Assembly: GCF_048593235.1 (NCBI RefSeq)
Contig: NC_133619.1
Location: forward strand, 83,962,454 to 84,026,453
DNA length: 64,000 nucleotides
Source: Sminthopsis crassicaudata
Taxonomy: Eukaryota
Direction: 5' to 3'
In this document: piece by piece, positions 52,290 to 64,000 of the stretch
How the letters are laid out: each line of letters begins with the position of its first letter
Position numbering within the stretch: position 1 is the stretch's first letter
Translations under genes and position numbers: made by a program
The notes under the pieces: model-generated
Seen by the model: the letters and a program-made list of their open reading frames with translations, nothing else
Database searches by the model: none
Told to the model about the DNA's origin: nothing

Positions 52290-52673
52290 GCTACCACTTT
52301 AACCAGGAAAGTGTCATCCCTCAACTGAGTCACCTTGTTCTCAGATCCTCCAAAAATCTCCAGGGAAATTCTGGACACGTTACCTGGGATTGGATTCTTT
52401 TGGGTTCATTCAGTCTCACTATGCACACACCACATATACAAAGTAATATAGAATGAAGGAGGTCTTAAAAAGTAGAATTACACAATGATAACACTAATGA
52501 ATCTAAAAAAGAAGGAAAACCCCAAAATTATAAAAAAAATATTTATAGCAGCTCTTTGTAGTAGCAAATAACTAACAAGATATCAAGGGGTATCCATATA
52601 TTGGGGAATGGCTAAATAATTTATGGTGCATGAAGGTTATGGAATACTATTGCACCATAAGAAATTAACAAAT

Positions 52674-54469
52674 GGAGGGTGGAGCCAAGATGGTGGAGAA
52701 GATACACAAGATTTTGTGAGCTCCCTTCTTCCCTCAACACCAATTAGTTAAATCAGCCTCAAAAATAACGCTGGACTGATAGAAACCACAAGGACTGGAA
52801 GCACGATTTATCAGCTGAAGAGAATCTGGAATTTCAACAGAAAAGGTCGGTTCCCAGGGGAGGAAAAAAAAGGCCAGCACAGACAGGGTGAGGTGCTAGC
52901 ACACTACGCCGATCAGACTGTGGAGAACTCTGGGATCAGAGAAGCCACTGAGATAGAAGAATCTGGCACAGGCTGTTAGCTCTTCTCTACTTATAAAACA
53001 GCAGTCCAGCAGAGAAATCAAGCCACTTTAAAATATAAAGCCAGATACTAGAACCACCCCAATCCAGAAGTGACCTAACAGATCTTGGCAAGGCTGTGCA
53101 GATGCCTTCTGCTGCCCGGGGCTTCTCCTTGGGGTAGTTGAGAGCCAGAACAGCGGGGACACAGCCCAAGGCAGCCTCTAATCCACATAGTGTGGGGCTC
53201 AGCTTGAGGCAGTGGAATTCTAGCAGCAGAGGAATTCCCAGAGAAGCAGAACTCCCATAGAAAAGGAACCTTTGAAGCAGTGACCGTGGTTTCTGGGCAG
53301 ACACTTCCGATTTGAGCACAGGGGCTTTTCATGTCAGCTGCTGTTAAGTTAAGGTTCTGATAAAGGCCTCATCTCCAAAATATACAGAGAATTGAATCTA
53401 ATTTATAAGAAATCAAGCCATTCTCCAATTGATAAATGGTCAAAGGATATGAACAGACAATTTTCAGATGATGAAATTGAAATTTCACTCATTTTTCCAC
53501 TCTTATGAAAGAGTGTTCCAAATCACTATTGATCAGAGAAATGCAAAATTAAAATTAAATTAAAATGCAAATTAAGACAACTCTGAGATACCACTACACA
53601 CCTGTCAGATTGGCTAAGATGACAAGAACAAATAATGATGGATGTTGAAGGGGATATGGGAAAACTGGGACACTGATGCATTGTTGGTGGAGTTGTGAAA
53701 GAATCCAGCCATTCTGGAGAGCAATTTGGAACTGTGCTCAAAAAGTCATCAAACTGTGCATACCCTTTGACCCAGCAGCACTACTACTGGGATTATATCC
53801 CAAAGAAATACTAAAGAGCGGAAAGACACATATATGTGCCAAAATGTTTGTGGCAGCCCTTTTTGTAGTGGCTAGAAACTGGAAAATGAATGGATGTCCA
53901 ACAATTGGAGAATGGTTGGGTAAATTATGGTATATGAAGGTTACAGAATATTATTGCTCTGTAAGAAATGACCAGCAGGAGGAATACAGAGAGGCCTGGA
54001 GAGACTTAAATCAACTGATGCTGAGTGAAATGAGCAGAACCAGAAGATCGCTGTACACTTCAATGTTGTATGAAGAGGTATTCTGATGGAAGTGGATATC
54101 TTCAACATAAAGAAGATCCAACTCACTTCCAGTTGATCAATGATGGACAGAAACAACTACACCCAGAGAAGGAACACTGGGAAGTGAATGTAAATTGTTA
54201 GCACTACTGTGTATCTACCCAGGTTACTTATACCTTCGGAATCCAATTCTTAACATACAACAAGAAAATTGGGTTTACACACATATATTGTATCTAGGTT
54301 ATACTATAACACATGTAAAATGTATGGGATTGCCTGTCATCTAGGGGAGGGAGTAGAGGGAGGGAGGGGAAAATTTGGAAAAATGAATACAAGGGATAAT
54401 GTTATAAAAAAAATTTACTCATGCATACGTACTGTCAAAAAAATTTTATAATTATAAAATTAATAAAAA
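52674..54469 (+). mobile_element. Young internally deleted L1: 5' UTR (52674-~53345) fused to the ORF2 3' end, 3' UTR and A-tail
   Basis: Starts GGAGGGTGGAGCCAAGATGG, a canonical L1 5' start. TSD AAGAAAT(T/G)AACAAAT at 52659-52673 and 54470-54484. The 5' part retains CpGs. Confidence 0.9.
53676..54086 (+). pseudogene. L1 ORF2p C-terminal remnant (136 open codons)
   Basis: HCWWSC...QPFWRAIW...KLCIPFDPAALLLGLYPKE...EWLGKLWYM: cysteine-rich and C-terminal ORF2p motifs. Confidence 0.92.
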
Positions 54470-55377
54470 AAGAAATGAACAAATGAATAACTTCAAATAA
54501 AAATGGGGAAAACTATATTAATTGATGGAAAGTGAAATGAACAGAACCAGGAAAATAATTTATACAACATCACAAAAAATATAATTTTGAAAGACTTGAG
54601 AACTTTAATCAATGAAAAAGACAAACAGTGATTCCAGAGAACAGAAAATGAAGCACGCTAGGTGGTAACATGGAAATATGCTAGAGTCCTAGACTTGGAG
54701 TCAGAAAGAATCATTTGATCTCTATCTGCCTCAGTTTCCTAATCTATAAAATGAGGGAAAATAATAATAGTACCTACTTCCCAAGGTTAATAAGATTAAA
54801 TAATATTTGTTAAGTGCTTTACAAATCTTAAAGCACTATATAAATGCTAGCTATGAAGATAAGAATGCTACCTTCTATCTGACAGAGAGGTGAAAGACTC
54901 ATGGATGCAGAATGAAGCATACATCTTTGGATATGGTCAACTTGAAGATTTGCCTCGTGTTGTTGTCACACATATAATACATATTTATTACAAGGGTTTT
55001 CTTTTTCTTTTGTTTTATTTAATTGAGGGGAAGGGGTAAAATGAATGATTATTGATTGAAAAAATAATAAAAAAAATTTTTAGTTGGATGGATCAGGAAA
55101 TAACTGGCCTTATGCAGGAGATGGCATTTGAGTTGAGGCCTGAAGGAAGCCATGAATTCTAAAAAAGAAAAAGTAAGAATGATGTATTCAGCATTGTTGA
55201 TGGTATTTTTACTTCATGGGATGACTCTGAATGATATCATTTACAACACAGTAAGGATTTTCTTTAGCTCTTAGACTGACACCTTTAAAACAAACAAACA
55301 AACAAAAAACAAACAAACAAACACTCAAAACACCGTTTTCCGTTAATCATAACATAACTTCAAATTGGCCAATGTGA

Positions 55378-55600
55378 CTTACTTTCTAAACTTTTTGTGT
55401 CTCACTCTAACCTCTGTTCCCCCTGATTCCAAGAGTTATTTAAAAGCTAGAGGATTCTAGAGAAGTTATGTGGCCCATGAATATTTAGATCACTTGCTAT
55501 AAACAATTTTATGGCTAATTCAGATCTGTGAAGAGTTTTAAAACAAAAAACAAAAACAGAAAAGAATTGTGCCTCTGCAATGAAGGTTTACAGAAGTGAC
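55378..55600 (+). repeat. Unassigned dispersed repeat, copy 2
   Basis: Homologous to 38030-38240. Confidence 0.65.
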
Positions 55601-57399
55601 TTCATAAATATTTTCAGTTCAATGTCAGGCTCATTTTACATTTATGGGTTTCTCAGTTTAGTGTGTGGCTGATGGGGTTGAGTTCATTGTCATCACCCTC
55701 CCCTCTAAACTGCAGCTCAGTGACTGACACCCAGCTGCCCTCCCTTCTGCCATCTCTCAACAGCACCCTTTCAGACATCATAACAATAACAGAAATAATA
55801 ATGATACCGACTTCCAAATCCGGCACTTTTTTTGCTTACTGTGTTGCACTAACAGATGCAGCTCCCTCACTTTTGGTACTGTCTTTGCTGATTTATTTAT
55901 TCTTGATTGGGAGGGGGTATTGTTTGTTTTTAAGGTTCCCAAAGCACACTAAGTTGGCTCAACAATAAAGGATGACAAGTTTCCAGATCTCACTGTATTC
56001 TTGTTCCCCTCTTCATATCTCTTGATATTATCTATGTGCTTTCTCTTATGTGTTTAAAATTTCCTGAATAAATAATAATAGCTAGCACTTATAGAGCTCT
56101 CTAAGACTTGCAAAACACTTTACAAGTATCACCTCAGTGGATTATCACAACATCCCTAAAAGGTAGATGCTATTATTATCCCCATATTGCAGATGAAGAA
56201 ACTGAGGCAGATTCCCATAGTCACAGAACTAATAAGTGTCTCAGGCTGTATTTCAATTTAGGTTTTCTTGTTTAGCACAATATTCCTACACCATCTAACT
56301 GCCTCCTACATAAAACATGAAAGCTTCTTGCTTTTAGCATGAACTGGCCCGTCTGTTTCTAGTGGAAATATTTCAGCCCTCCCCTCCCCTTTCAAAAGCA
56401 GTTGTAACTGACTGAAATTGGGGTCGTTGGAGGTTTTAGTCTCGTTCTTTAGCCACTCTTGTCTGAGAATCCATAATTCAGTCAATGGGCAAATCACTTC
56501 ACCTTTAGGGGCCTCTGCTTCATCATTTCTAAAATGAGGGTCTTGAAGAAGATGAAACTAGAGGTCTCTTCCAGGTATAAATGCTGTGATCCCTGACAGT
56601 GACCATGATCATTATTAGTAGTCCAGAGAATGATAATCAAGTCATGGAGTCATGCTTTCTATTTTTACTCAAATTCTAAGCTTCAGGAAGTGTGTTTTAT
56701 TCTGAGCTTGCATTGATTTTTCTCATCTTCCAGTCCTGAGGACCCTTCTTCATATGCTTCATTTCTCATAGGCTCCTAGATTCCAGGAACAAAAAAAAAA
56801 GCCATAGAATTCATTTAGTCCAAACCCCCTCATTTCACAGCTGAGGGAGCTCACAGAGAGATAATATAACTTGTTCCAGATGATAGAGGCAATAAAAGGA
56901 GCAGGATTCAAATCCAGATCCTCTCATTCTAATTCCGGTGTTCATTCCATTTGTGTCTCTATTACTAACTTCAAAAGCATGCCTCGGGATTTATTTCATC
57001 CTAGAATTTCCCTCAGTACCTAGGGCTTCCTTACCCTAGAACATCCAACCTCAGCATATCCCTCTGCCTAGCCAACCTTCCATTTCCCATTGGGAAGTTC
57101 CTCCTAGGACCTCCATTTCTATTCTGTGGAAGGTTCAGGCTTCATTCACTTCCTGGATCAGCTGCTGATATTTTAAACTTCAAAATGATGCCCTTATTTG
57201 CCAGGTACCTCATCCTTTAAATTTCCCTCCATACCGTCTTTCAACTGCTACAAAAGTAGGCTGTTTTCCCCCATTAAAATGTAAGTTTATTATTCCAATA
57301 TCCTGATTTATTTGTGTATTTATTTATTTGGCTTAAAAAGTATTTCCAGCACTTAGCACAGTTCCTGGTACGTGATAATCACTTAATAAATGCTTGCAT

Positions 57400-57540
57400 T
57401 CTTCTGTCCTTCTCTCCTTCCATCCTTGCTTGCTTTCTTTCTTTCTTCTCTCCTTCCTTTTTTTTATTCCTTCCTTCCTTCCCTCATTCCTTTCTTTCCT
57501 TCCTTCCTTTCTTCTTTCCTTCCTCATTTCCAGTTTTTCA
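57400..57540. repeat. (CCTT/CTTT) polypyrimidine tract at an L2 3' end
   Basis: Follows CACTTAATAAATGCTTG (L2 terminus). Confidence 0.85.
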
Positions 57541-58559
57541 TTTCTGTAATGCACTTACCATGAAATGCTGTGAATTAAATCTGTCTTTGCCTTTCATTCC
57601 CCAACCAGGCTTTAAGCTCTGTTAAGGTAGGAATAGTATCTTTCTAAAACTATCTTCTTCCCTCAACAACTAGCATAGTGCTCTGCCCACAATAAATTAT
57701 ATATAAATTATATTAGACCTAAATATTTAGTTCTATAGTATTTAATCCTAAGATTCTTGGAGTTGGAAAATTTTAGATATTGTTTAGCTCCACTCCTTCA
57801 TCTTAACAGAATTAAACTGAAGCCTACAATGTGATTTGTCTCAAGTCACATGGGTGAGTGAAAATTTAAGGCTTGTCTTAGGCTTTAAAGACTATCCTCA
57901 GGGCAGCTAGATGGTGCAAGTTGGATAGAGCACTGGATCTAGAATCAGCAGAATTTGAGTTCAAATGTGGCCTTAATCATTTAACACTTATTAGCTGTGA
58001 CTTAATAGCTGTGTCACTTAATCCTAATCATCTCACAAAAACACAAGATTAGCCTCATTTTGAGATAGCATAGTGCCTGCCTTGGGAAGTAAACCAAACA
58101 AAGATGATACTATCTTAGTCTTCTTAGCACTCACATTGAGCAAACACTTCCAAAGAATCAGAAAATATATGTTAGGGAGCTATTAAAGATTTTTTCCCTT
58201 CTCATCTGTGAAGTGTTCTATAATCTTTCTTTTCAATGATTTTCTTTCTCTTTTTCCTCTAGCCTGGATGATCAATCAAGAGAAGATTCCTTTGAGCAAA
58301 GGGAAAAATTTCAGCCATTTTAAGACCAGATTCCAGCTGAGATTCTATAGCCTCCAGGATTGGATAACAAGCGCTCAGTTGAAAGTTTAGCAACATTCTG
58401 GGAGCCTGGCCCAGAACCTAGGTACAATGCAAATCCTTCTGGAACTGGCAGGCCTATCAGAGGTGGGATGGTCTTCATAAAACCAGCAGAGCAAGGATTC
58501 AGGAAGCTAAGCTCTCAGAAGATTTTGTAATTTTTTTCCCCCTCCACTTATTGGTATTT

Positions 58560-59050
58560 TATTTTTTCCTAATAAATTGTAATGATATTTTTTAACATTC
58601 ACTTTTTTTTTTCTTCTCTCTCTTTCCCTCCCCTCCCTCTTCCCCAAGATGGTAAGCAATCTAAGATAGTAATATGTGTACAATCATATTAATCATATTT
58701 CCACATTAGTCATGTTGTGAAAGAAAAATCAGACAAAGGAGAAAACCATGAGAAAGGGGGAAAGGTGAAAATAGAATGCTTCAATCTGCATTGAAACTCC
58801 GGGAATTATCTTACATCTTTGCATTGCTAAGAAGAGCAAAGTCTTTTGAAGAAGATCATGCAACGTTGCCTTTACTGTGTGTAATAGTCTCCTGGTTCTG
58901 CTCTCTTCACTCAGCATCAGTTTATGTAAATCTTTCCATGTTTTTCTGAAAATGGCCTGCTCATCATTTCTTATACCACAATAGTGTTCCAGTAACATCT
59001 ATATATTGCAATTTGTTCAGCCATTCCCCAATTGATAGTCATGCCCTCAA
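58560..59050 (-). mobile_element. L1 3' end, antisense
   Basis: ORF 58729-58998 (-) EHYCGIRNDEQAIFRKTWKDLHKLMLSE matches the ORF2p end. Confidence 0.85.
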
Positions 59051-61019
59051 TGTCCACCTCTTCTAGGCAAAGCTTTAATTAGAGTATATTAGAACTAGAA
59101 CTTGAGATCATTAATATTGTTGCATTTCATAGGTCTTTCAATCCTACCCTACTCTATGATCCTATCTGCGGTTTTTTGACAGAGATATTGGGATGGTTTG
59201 CCATTTCCTTCTCCAGCTCATTTATAATCCCCCTCATTTTACAAATGAGTAAACTAAATCCTAAAACTATAATGTGGCTTGCCCAAAGTTTCACAGCAAG
59301 TTGCCACAGCCAGTCTTATCCATAAGGATATAGTGCTAAACAAATGCCTTTCTCTATTTGCTTGATGATGGCCAGGATCCAGCAGTCCTTCCTAATACCA
59401 CTAAACTGGCTTACTATTAATCTGCAAAATTGGCTTGTTTGAAATAAATGGCTAGGGGTGTGTCTGAATCTTTCAACCAATCAGAAAATATCTTATGTGG
59501 TGCCATTTGAATTTAACCAATAATCAAAGCACTTAATTCTTCTCAAATTGATTAAGGCTTGTTTGAACTTTTGGTTGATCAATTAATTGATTGACTCAAG
59601 CTGAGGCGGGGGAGGGAAGAAGCTTTATGACTACATTAATTACATTGACATAATTTGGGAAGTGACAAAAATAAAGTAGCATGTGATTAACTACATATAA
59701 AACCCTTTGAGGATAGAACTATATTACATTTGTCAACTAAGGTGGGACTGTGCTAATGAAATGATATAGTTTTTACCAGATTGAGCACTAGGTTGGGGAG
59801 AGACCTTAGAACTTAGACAGAACTTCCTAATGAGATAAGATATTTCTAAAGCCTAAACCAGCTTGATTTGTAGTGATTCCTTATTCTAACATAGTGAATG
59901 CCATATCGATACTAGAATCCAGCATAAAATTAGAAAAGAATGGGATCAGCCCAGATTTAAAAAATAATACTGTCACTGACCAGTTAAATAACAATAATAG
60001 AATTTATATAACATATAAATTAAATTAATTATCTCATATTTGAAACTTACAGCAATCTTATGAAACATGTTTTGTTCAATCATTTCAGATTCATGACCCC
60101 ACACTGAGTTTTTTTGGAAATGGTTTGCCATTTCCTTCTAAGGAAACTTAGGCAAACAGAATTAAGGGTTTTGCTCAGAGTCACACAGCTAGTAAGTTTC
60201 TGAATCTGAATTTGAACTAGTCTTTCTAAGTCTAAACCCATGGTCACCTAAAAATACTCACAAACCCCACTCTCTTATAGCCACAAGACAAGCATGTTCC
60301 AGCAAAGGTCCCATCTATATTCAAGGTCATGGGTGACCTCAGTAACTCAGGAAAGAAAATCCAAAAGGTAGTCACTTCTGACCCGAAGGCTCAAACATCA
60401 GGGATATCTGGCATGCAATAGCACAGCAGCCTACTTTCTTTAACTAGAAAAGAGGGCCTGGAAGTTTCCTCTTGGCAGTGGTTTTTAATCAGTTTTTCAT
60501 TTGTTTAAGCCAGCACTTTGACTAATTGGATGTTAGGAAAGATCCTCTGGAGCATCAGAGTAAAGTCTGAGTTTGCCCTGGAGCCCGGTCTTCTCAATAT
60601 TTATGTTTAGCATTAAATTCCTCATGCAAAAATAATGCCTTTGACTCATGAGGTTCTCTCTGCTTTTTCAGAAAAATACTCCAGCCAAAGCTTTAGGGCA
60701 ACCATGTTACCACCAAAAGGAAATTCACTCCAATGAGTAAATGTGAAGGTAAATTATTCTTGGCTGCTTCATAACTTCAAGTTTTCCCTCCTTTGATTAG
60801 CACTGGGGCAGTAGGGCTAAGATGTTTGGTTTGGATTTTTCTAATGAAAGAGAGAAAAATCAATTTTATGAAAAAATGTTTAGAAAACAAAATCGTCATG
60901 AGGGAGTCCCAAAAGTTCAGTCTTGTACAGAAAGCTCTACAATTTTTGAAGGCAGTGGAGTGAAAAGAACACTAGATTTCTCATTGGAAGATTGGATTTA
61001 AATATGGATTATGATAGGG

Positions 61020-61215
61020 AGGGAATATGAAACAATGAAGGCTATCTCCAGTTATTCTGACCTATATTTGGTCGCTGAGCCCAGATAACTGTGGAGGTGA
61101 GGCTGGTGACCTTTCACAGAGCTCTCTCACTTAAATCAATTCACTTGCATCTCATGGCATCAGCTCCCTGATATCATGGTCCTCTTCAAGAACAAAGTTC
61201 AAACTACAACAATAA
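61020..61215 (+). mobile_element. 3' part of an RTE-tailed non-autonomous element
   Basis: CATGGCATCAGCTCCCTGATATCATGGTCCTCTTCAAGAACAAAG + (AAC) tail. Homologous to 15666-15830. Confidence 0.7.
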
Positions 61216-62429
61216 TAGAAAGAGCTTTGGCTCTGAAACTCTTTCTCTAATATTTCCTACCAATGGGAATTTAGGTAAATTGCCTTGGCACCTTGGTTTC
61301 CCTATCCACAAAATGAGTGGATGAGACTTAAATGACTTGGGAGATCATTTCCAGGCTTACAATATTACTCCCTTGGAAAAATAACTTTACTTCTTTGTGC
61401 CTTGGTTTCTCTACCTGTAATAGTACAGAATCAGACTAAATAACCATTAAGGTTTCTTCTGGTTCTAAATCTTATCTAATTTAAGCGGAAACTCTACTTT
61501 GTAATTAGGGCAAGAACTGGGACTAATGAAACCATAAAGTCTTCTATGCTGAACCTGGAGAGAATGAGCTAACCGCTCCTCGGTGACCTGTTAAAGAAAT
61601 CTATGACAGTGGCTTCTGAGGGCAAGTACACAACAACACAAATTTAAAGGATCAAAATACCAGGATTTCCCATTTGTGACCCTACCACCTGCAGTGGTAA
61701 TTAATTACTAGCAGCCTCCAGTGCAACTCTTTCACAAATAAGGGATGACCCAGTCTCACTCACAAGTGGCAGGACAAGCCACAAATCAGCCAGAACACCC
61801 ACAAACACTCTGCTGGGGCTGTTCGACCTGTATCTGTGTTGAATGCCAAGTGTTGCATAATTTATATTGAAAATCCACTCCCATACATCTACGAAAATAC
61901 TTGCTCCGACCTTCGCTCCCAATCCCAGCTGCATTAAACGGGACAATAAATCATGAGCATATAGGCATCCAATCCCAGTGTAGCTTTACTGAAGCCCATT
62001 GACACTCTGGGGATGATGAGTTCATGCTTTGCCTGGAACAGGTTATAAAAATTATATACATTTTAAGATAACACTTCAAAAAGCTCTTTCTTTTAAATCA
62101 TGACAAGTTGTGTGTTTGAGTGAAAAGAGAATGTAGACATAAATGGAATGATCAGTTTATAAAGACCACTCCATTTATCCACACCTTTAAAATACTATTT
62201 TCAAACAAACTCAGAATTTGCAATGGATGTAGTCTCATCTTAACACCTAATTCATTGTTTCCCAAGACTACAATACAGAAAAAAAGACACCTCTACATCC
62301 TACACCTAAGTTTTGGATGGGGATGAAAGACAAATGCAGGCTCCTCTTACTCCCTAACAGAGAATGACTTGTTTTAAAATTAAAAGAGAGAAGGAAATGC
62401 CTGAAGATCACTTTTAGAAACTGGGTTAA

Positions 62430-62760
62430 TTATCAGGATCTCAGAGAAACTTGGGAAGATTTATTTGAACTGATACAGAACAATAGTAGTTGAACCAAAA
62501 AAGCTAAAATTAGTAGAATTAAAAAAAAAAAAACTAAACTTTATGACTAAAGCAATGTAATGTCATTAAAGGTCATTAAAATGAATTTAAATTCTAAATA
62601 ATAGCAACAACCAGTGAATATCCTAGAAAAAAAAAAAGAGTAAACAGACTTCCTTCTAGTAAAGAGGTGGTACTATTAAGATGGAATATTATGTGCATTG
62701 TCAGACAAATTTTCTACAGTTAATGTTTTTGTTCAATATGAAGGCAAATTGGGAAATGAC
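62430..62760 (+). mobile_element. Old, highly diverged L1 3' end
   Basis: CTCAGAGAAACTTGGGAAGATTTATTTGAACTGATACAGAA resembles the ORF2-end motif. Confidence 0.55.
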
Positions 62761-63726
62761 CATATTGTAAAGACAAGAGGTATCAATAAACTTTTCTTCT
62801 AAAACAAATGTAGCCAAAATCAGTGGAGCAGATAATATTTCTCCTACAGTAATGAAAATATTAATGAATGTCAACCTTCTAAAATAAAAGTACCTGACAT
62901 CTATTTTGATTTTATAGTTCTTTTCAAAAACTGATTTAACATTCAGCATGGCCTGGTGGATGGAGAGCTGTCCTGAAGCCAGGAAGGGTTGGGTTCAAGT
63001 TTTAGCTTGGAATACATTCTGATTTGTGACTGCTGGCAAATTGCTTGGACTCCCATTACTGTTGGAAGTATTTTGAGACAGTTTTGAAGAAGGTCCCAAC
63101 TTGCATTGAGAAAGGGAGGTAAAGGAATTGCAAGATCATAGATTTAGAGCTGGAAGAGACCTTAAAGTTATTGAATGTAACTCCTCTTCCCTTACAAAGC
63201 AGTAAATGAAGACAGAGAGTAATAAGTGGCTTGCCTAATGTCATACAGTTAGTATCTATGAAATGACCCAAGTCTGCAACTCCAAGCCCAGAGCCTTATT
63301 TGCTACACTCCAATGACTTAATGTTTGTGGAAGGAATCCTTATCTTAATTTTTTTTCACAACCACTCTGCAAAGTCAACAGGAAAAAATATTGTGTCCAT
63401 CTTACACATGAAAAATCTATGATTCAGAAAATTAAGCTACTTGGTGGTCACACATCTATGAAATGACAGTCAGAACTCAAATCCAATCCTTCTTATACCA
63501 AGTCCCAAGCTCTTTCCAGTACATCATTCTGCCTTATTATCTTTTAAGAATATAATGAAGAAAAACAAAAATCCTTGGACCATAATAACCAAGAAATAAG
63601 GAATATCTATAAACAGATTGTTATGTCTGATGCTGAAAGAGACACGTTTAGGATAAGTTCACTGATAGGCTTCTGTGTTTTCCAGTGCCGAGAGCTAAAC
63701 TATTCCAAACTAAGAAACTCCTCAGG

Positions 63727-63905
63727 AGGGGCAGCTATGTGGCACAGTAAATAAAGCACCAGTTCTAAAGTCAGGAGGACCTGAGTTCAAATCTAGCTTC
63801 AGACACTTAACATTTCCTAGCTGTGTGACCCTGGGCAAGTCACTTAACCCCAATTGCCTCAGCAAAAAAAAAAAAAAAAAAGAAAGAAAGAAAGAAAGAA
63901 AGAAA
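63727..63905 (+). mobile_element. WSINE1-like SINE with A19 + (GAAA)n tail
   Basis: GGGGCAGCT..GTGGCACAGT...GGACCTGAGTTCAAATC...CCCCAATTGCCTCAGC-poly-A. Confidence 0.92.
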
Positions 63906-64000
63906 ACTATTTAGGTGTCATCAATAAGAGCTTAAAATAATGTAAGAAGGGTATAGGTGGCAATAAGAAAGCAGGCCTGGAAAACATCCCTAGCACATCA

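Larger units (their letters stand above)
52520..55085 (+). mobile_element. Old L1 3' end acting as host for a younger L1 (52674-54469) and a MIR-type SINE (~54660-54855)
   Basis: GGTTATGGAATACTATTGCACCATAAGAAAT resumes after the insert as GAATAACTTC...GAAATGAACAGAACCAGG. Confidence 0.75.

Noticed and set aside
61795-61895. Minus-strand frame CMGVDFQYKLCNT resembling an ADAMTS thrombospondin repeat
   Set aside because: The following conserved Cys pattern is absent and the frame ends in a stop; chance resemblance.
1718-63870. tRNA-like A/B boxes in many SINE heads
   Set aside because: These are SINE 5' ends followed by CORE sequence, not complete cloverleaf tRNA genes.
1-64000. Apparent excess of plus-strand L1 fragments as a hint of a minus-strand host gene
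   Set aside because: Roughly 10 plus versus 7 minus fragments by eye; too weak to infer gene orientation.

Overview
AT-rich, CpG-depleted, repeat-dense mammalian DNA with three N-gaps. The repeat content (short tRNA/CORE-derived WSINE1-like SINEs, Mar1-like SINEs with RTE tails, RTE fragments, marsupial-type L1 ends, L2, L3/CR1, hAT MITEs, solo LTRs) points to an Australian marsupial, most likely a dasyurid. This is inference from remembered consensus sequences; no database search was run. I find no recognisable host protein-coding exon, tRNA/rRNA gene or CRISPR array, so the window reads as intergenic DNA or a large intron. Nearly all supplied ORFs come from low-complexity or repeat DNA; the only clearly protein-derived ones are L1 remnants. 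The most interesting observations are: (1) a 1.8-kb L1 flanked by one target-site duplication (TSD), with the 5' UTR joined directly to the last part of ORF2, a candidate spliced or internally deleted non-autonomous L1; (2) a second, different internally deleted (HAL1-like) L1 derivative; (3) two TSD-bounded insertions carrying extra 3' sequence (possible transductions); (4) short non-repeat, CpG-retaining, motif-rich blocks near 24.9-25.2 kb and 61.7-62.0 kb (candidate conserved enhancers) plus a few splice-site-bounded candidate exons; (5) a diverged repeat pair I cannot assign to a family. I could not support a wholly new biological system from sequence alone.
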